Assembly: GCA_002104945.1 (NCBI GenBank)
Contig: MCFH01000009.1
Coordinates: forward strand, 310,001 to 374,000
Direction of reading: 5' to 3'
Source: Piromyces finnis finn
Lineage: Eukaryota; Fungi; Neocallimastigomycota
Length of the DNA: 64,000 nucleotides
The translations under genes and the position numbers were made by a program. The notes under the pieces are model-generated. The model saw only the letters and a list, made by a program, of their open reading frames with translations. It was not told where the DNA came from and searched no databases. Shown in pieces: positions 63,428-64,000 of this stretch; the first letter of the stretch is position 1, and each line of letters opens with the position of its first letter.

Positions 63428-63754
63428 TAAGAAAAATAAAAAAAAAAAAGACAAATTAATTAATTGAAATAAAACATAAATTTCTATTATCTATATAACA
63501 TCCCATATAAATTAATTATCTTTTTTTTTTTCAAAAATTTTTTTTTTGTTCAGTATATAGATTGACATAATAGTAGGTATAATAATGTATTTGTTTTGAT
63601 AGTCCTGATACAAAATTAACATCGTCTTAATACTTTGCCAAATTATAATGATTTAATAAATTATTGATTTTTTTTTTTTTTTTGATATTGATATTATTGT
63701 TTTTTTTTATACTTTTTATAATAATTTATTTTTTTGTGATTTAATAAAAGAAAT

Positions 63755-64000
63755 TTATTCGTTCTTCTTTTCTTCTTCTTGCTTTTCTTCAGCATCATTT
63801 TCAGCCTTATCATCAACTAATGGTTGAGTTTCTTCTGGCTTAGATTCAACTGGGGCAGCAGCACCCTTACGCTTTTCAATTAAACTCTTAACAGTGGTAA
63901 CAGACTTGGTGTAACCAGTCTTACTGTATTCAACAGTCTTACCGTAGTAGGTCTTACATAATTCAACGTATTCCTTAGCAGATTCAGTTAAAGTAGAAAT
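63755..64000 (-). CDS. 3' end of an unidentified, probably highly expressed gene (5' part outside the window)
   Basis: Open frame ISTLTESAKEYVELCKTYYGKTVEYSKTGYTKSVTTVKSLIEKRKGAAAPVESKPEE..KKNE*, with EGD2-like codon bias (AAG, TAC, GTT, CGT). Confidence 0.75.
   Translation of the reverse strand: MSTLTESAKEYVELCKTYYGKTVEYSKTGYTKSVTTVKSLIEKRKGAAAPVESKPEETQPLVDDKAENDAEEKQEEEKKNE

Overview
Very AT-rich, intron-dense eukaryotic DNA, most consistent with an anaerobic gut fungus (Neocallimastigomycota; inferred from base composition, short AT-rich introns, AAT microsatellites and flagellar plus fungal gene content). I hand-spliced 19 protein-coding genes. In order: BRR2 (5'-truncated), SWSAP1-like, TAD2, pICln, an orphan single-pass membrane protein, MCM10, a C2-domain/EML fusion, MORN2-like, a Cys-rich membrane protein with a likely 1-nt frameshift, a TONSL orthologue, a ~1,900-aa coiled-coil protein with 14-aa tandem repeats, kinesin-5, EGD2, FAM92/CIBAR, FANCL, ERB1, CDD1, ERV46, and the 3' end of an unidentified gene. 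Best observations: (1) a textbook AT-AC U12-type (minor spliceosome) intron in kinesin-5 at 43561-43644; (2) a fungal TONSL with TPR + UBL but no ankyrin or LRR domain; (3) a C2-EML fusion; (4) animal-type repair genes (SWSAP1, FANCL, TONSL) and ciliary genes (FAM92, MORN2); (5) many 3' splice sites preceded by poly(A) rather than polypyrimidine tracts. No rRNA, tRNA, CRISPR array or intact mobile element was seen. Family calls come from recalled motifs, not database searches; exon boundaries are manual.
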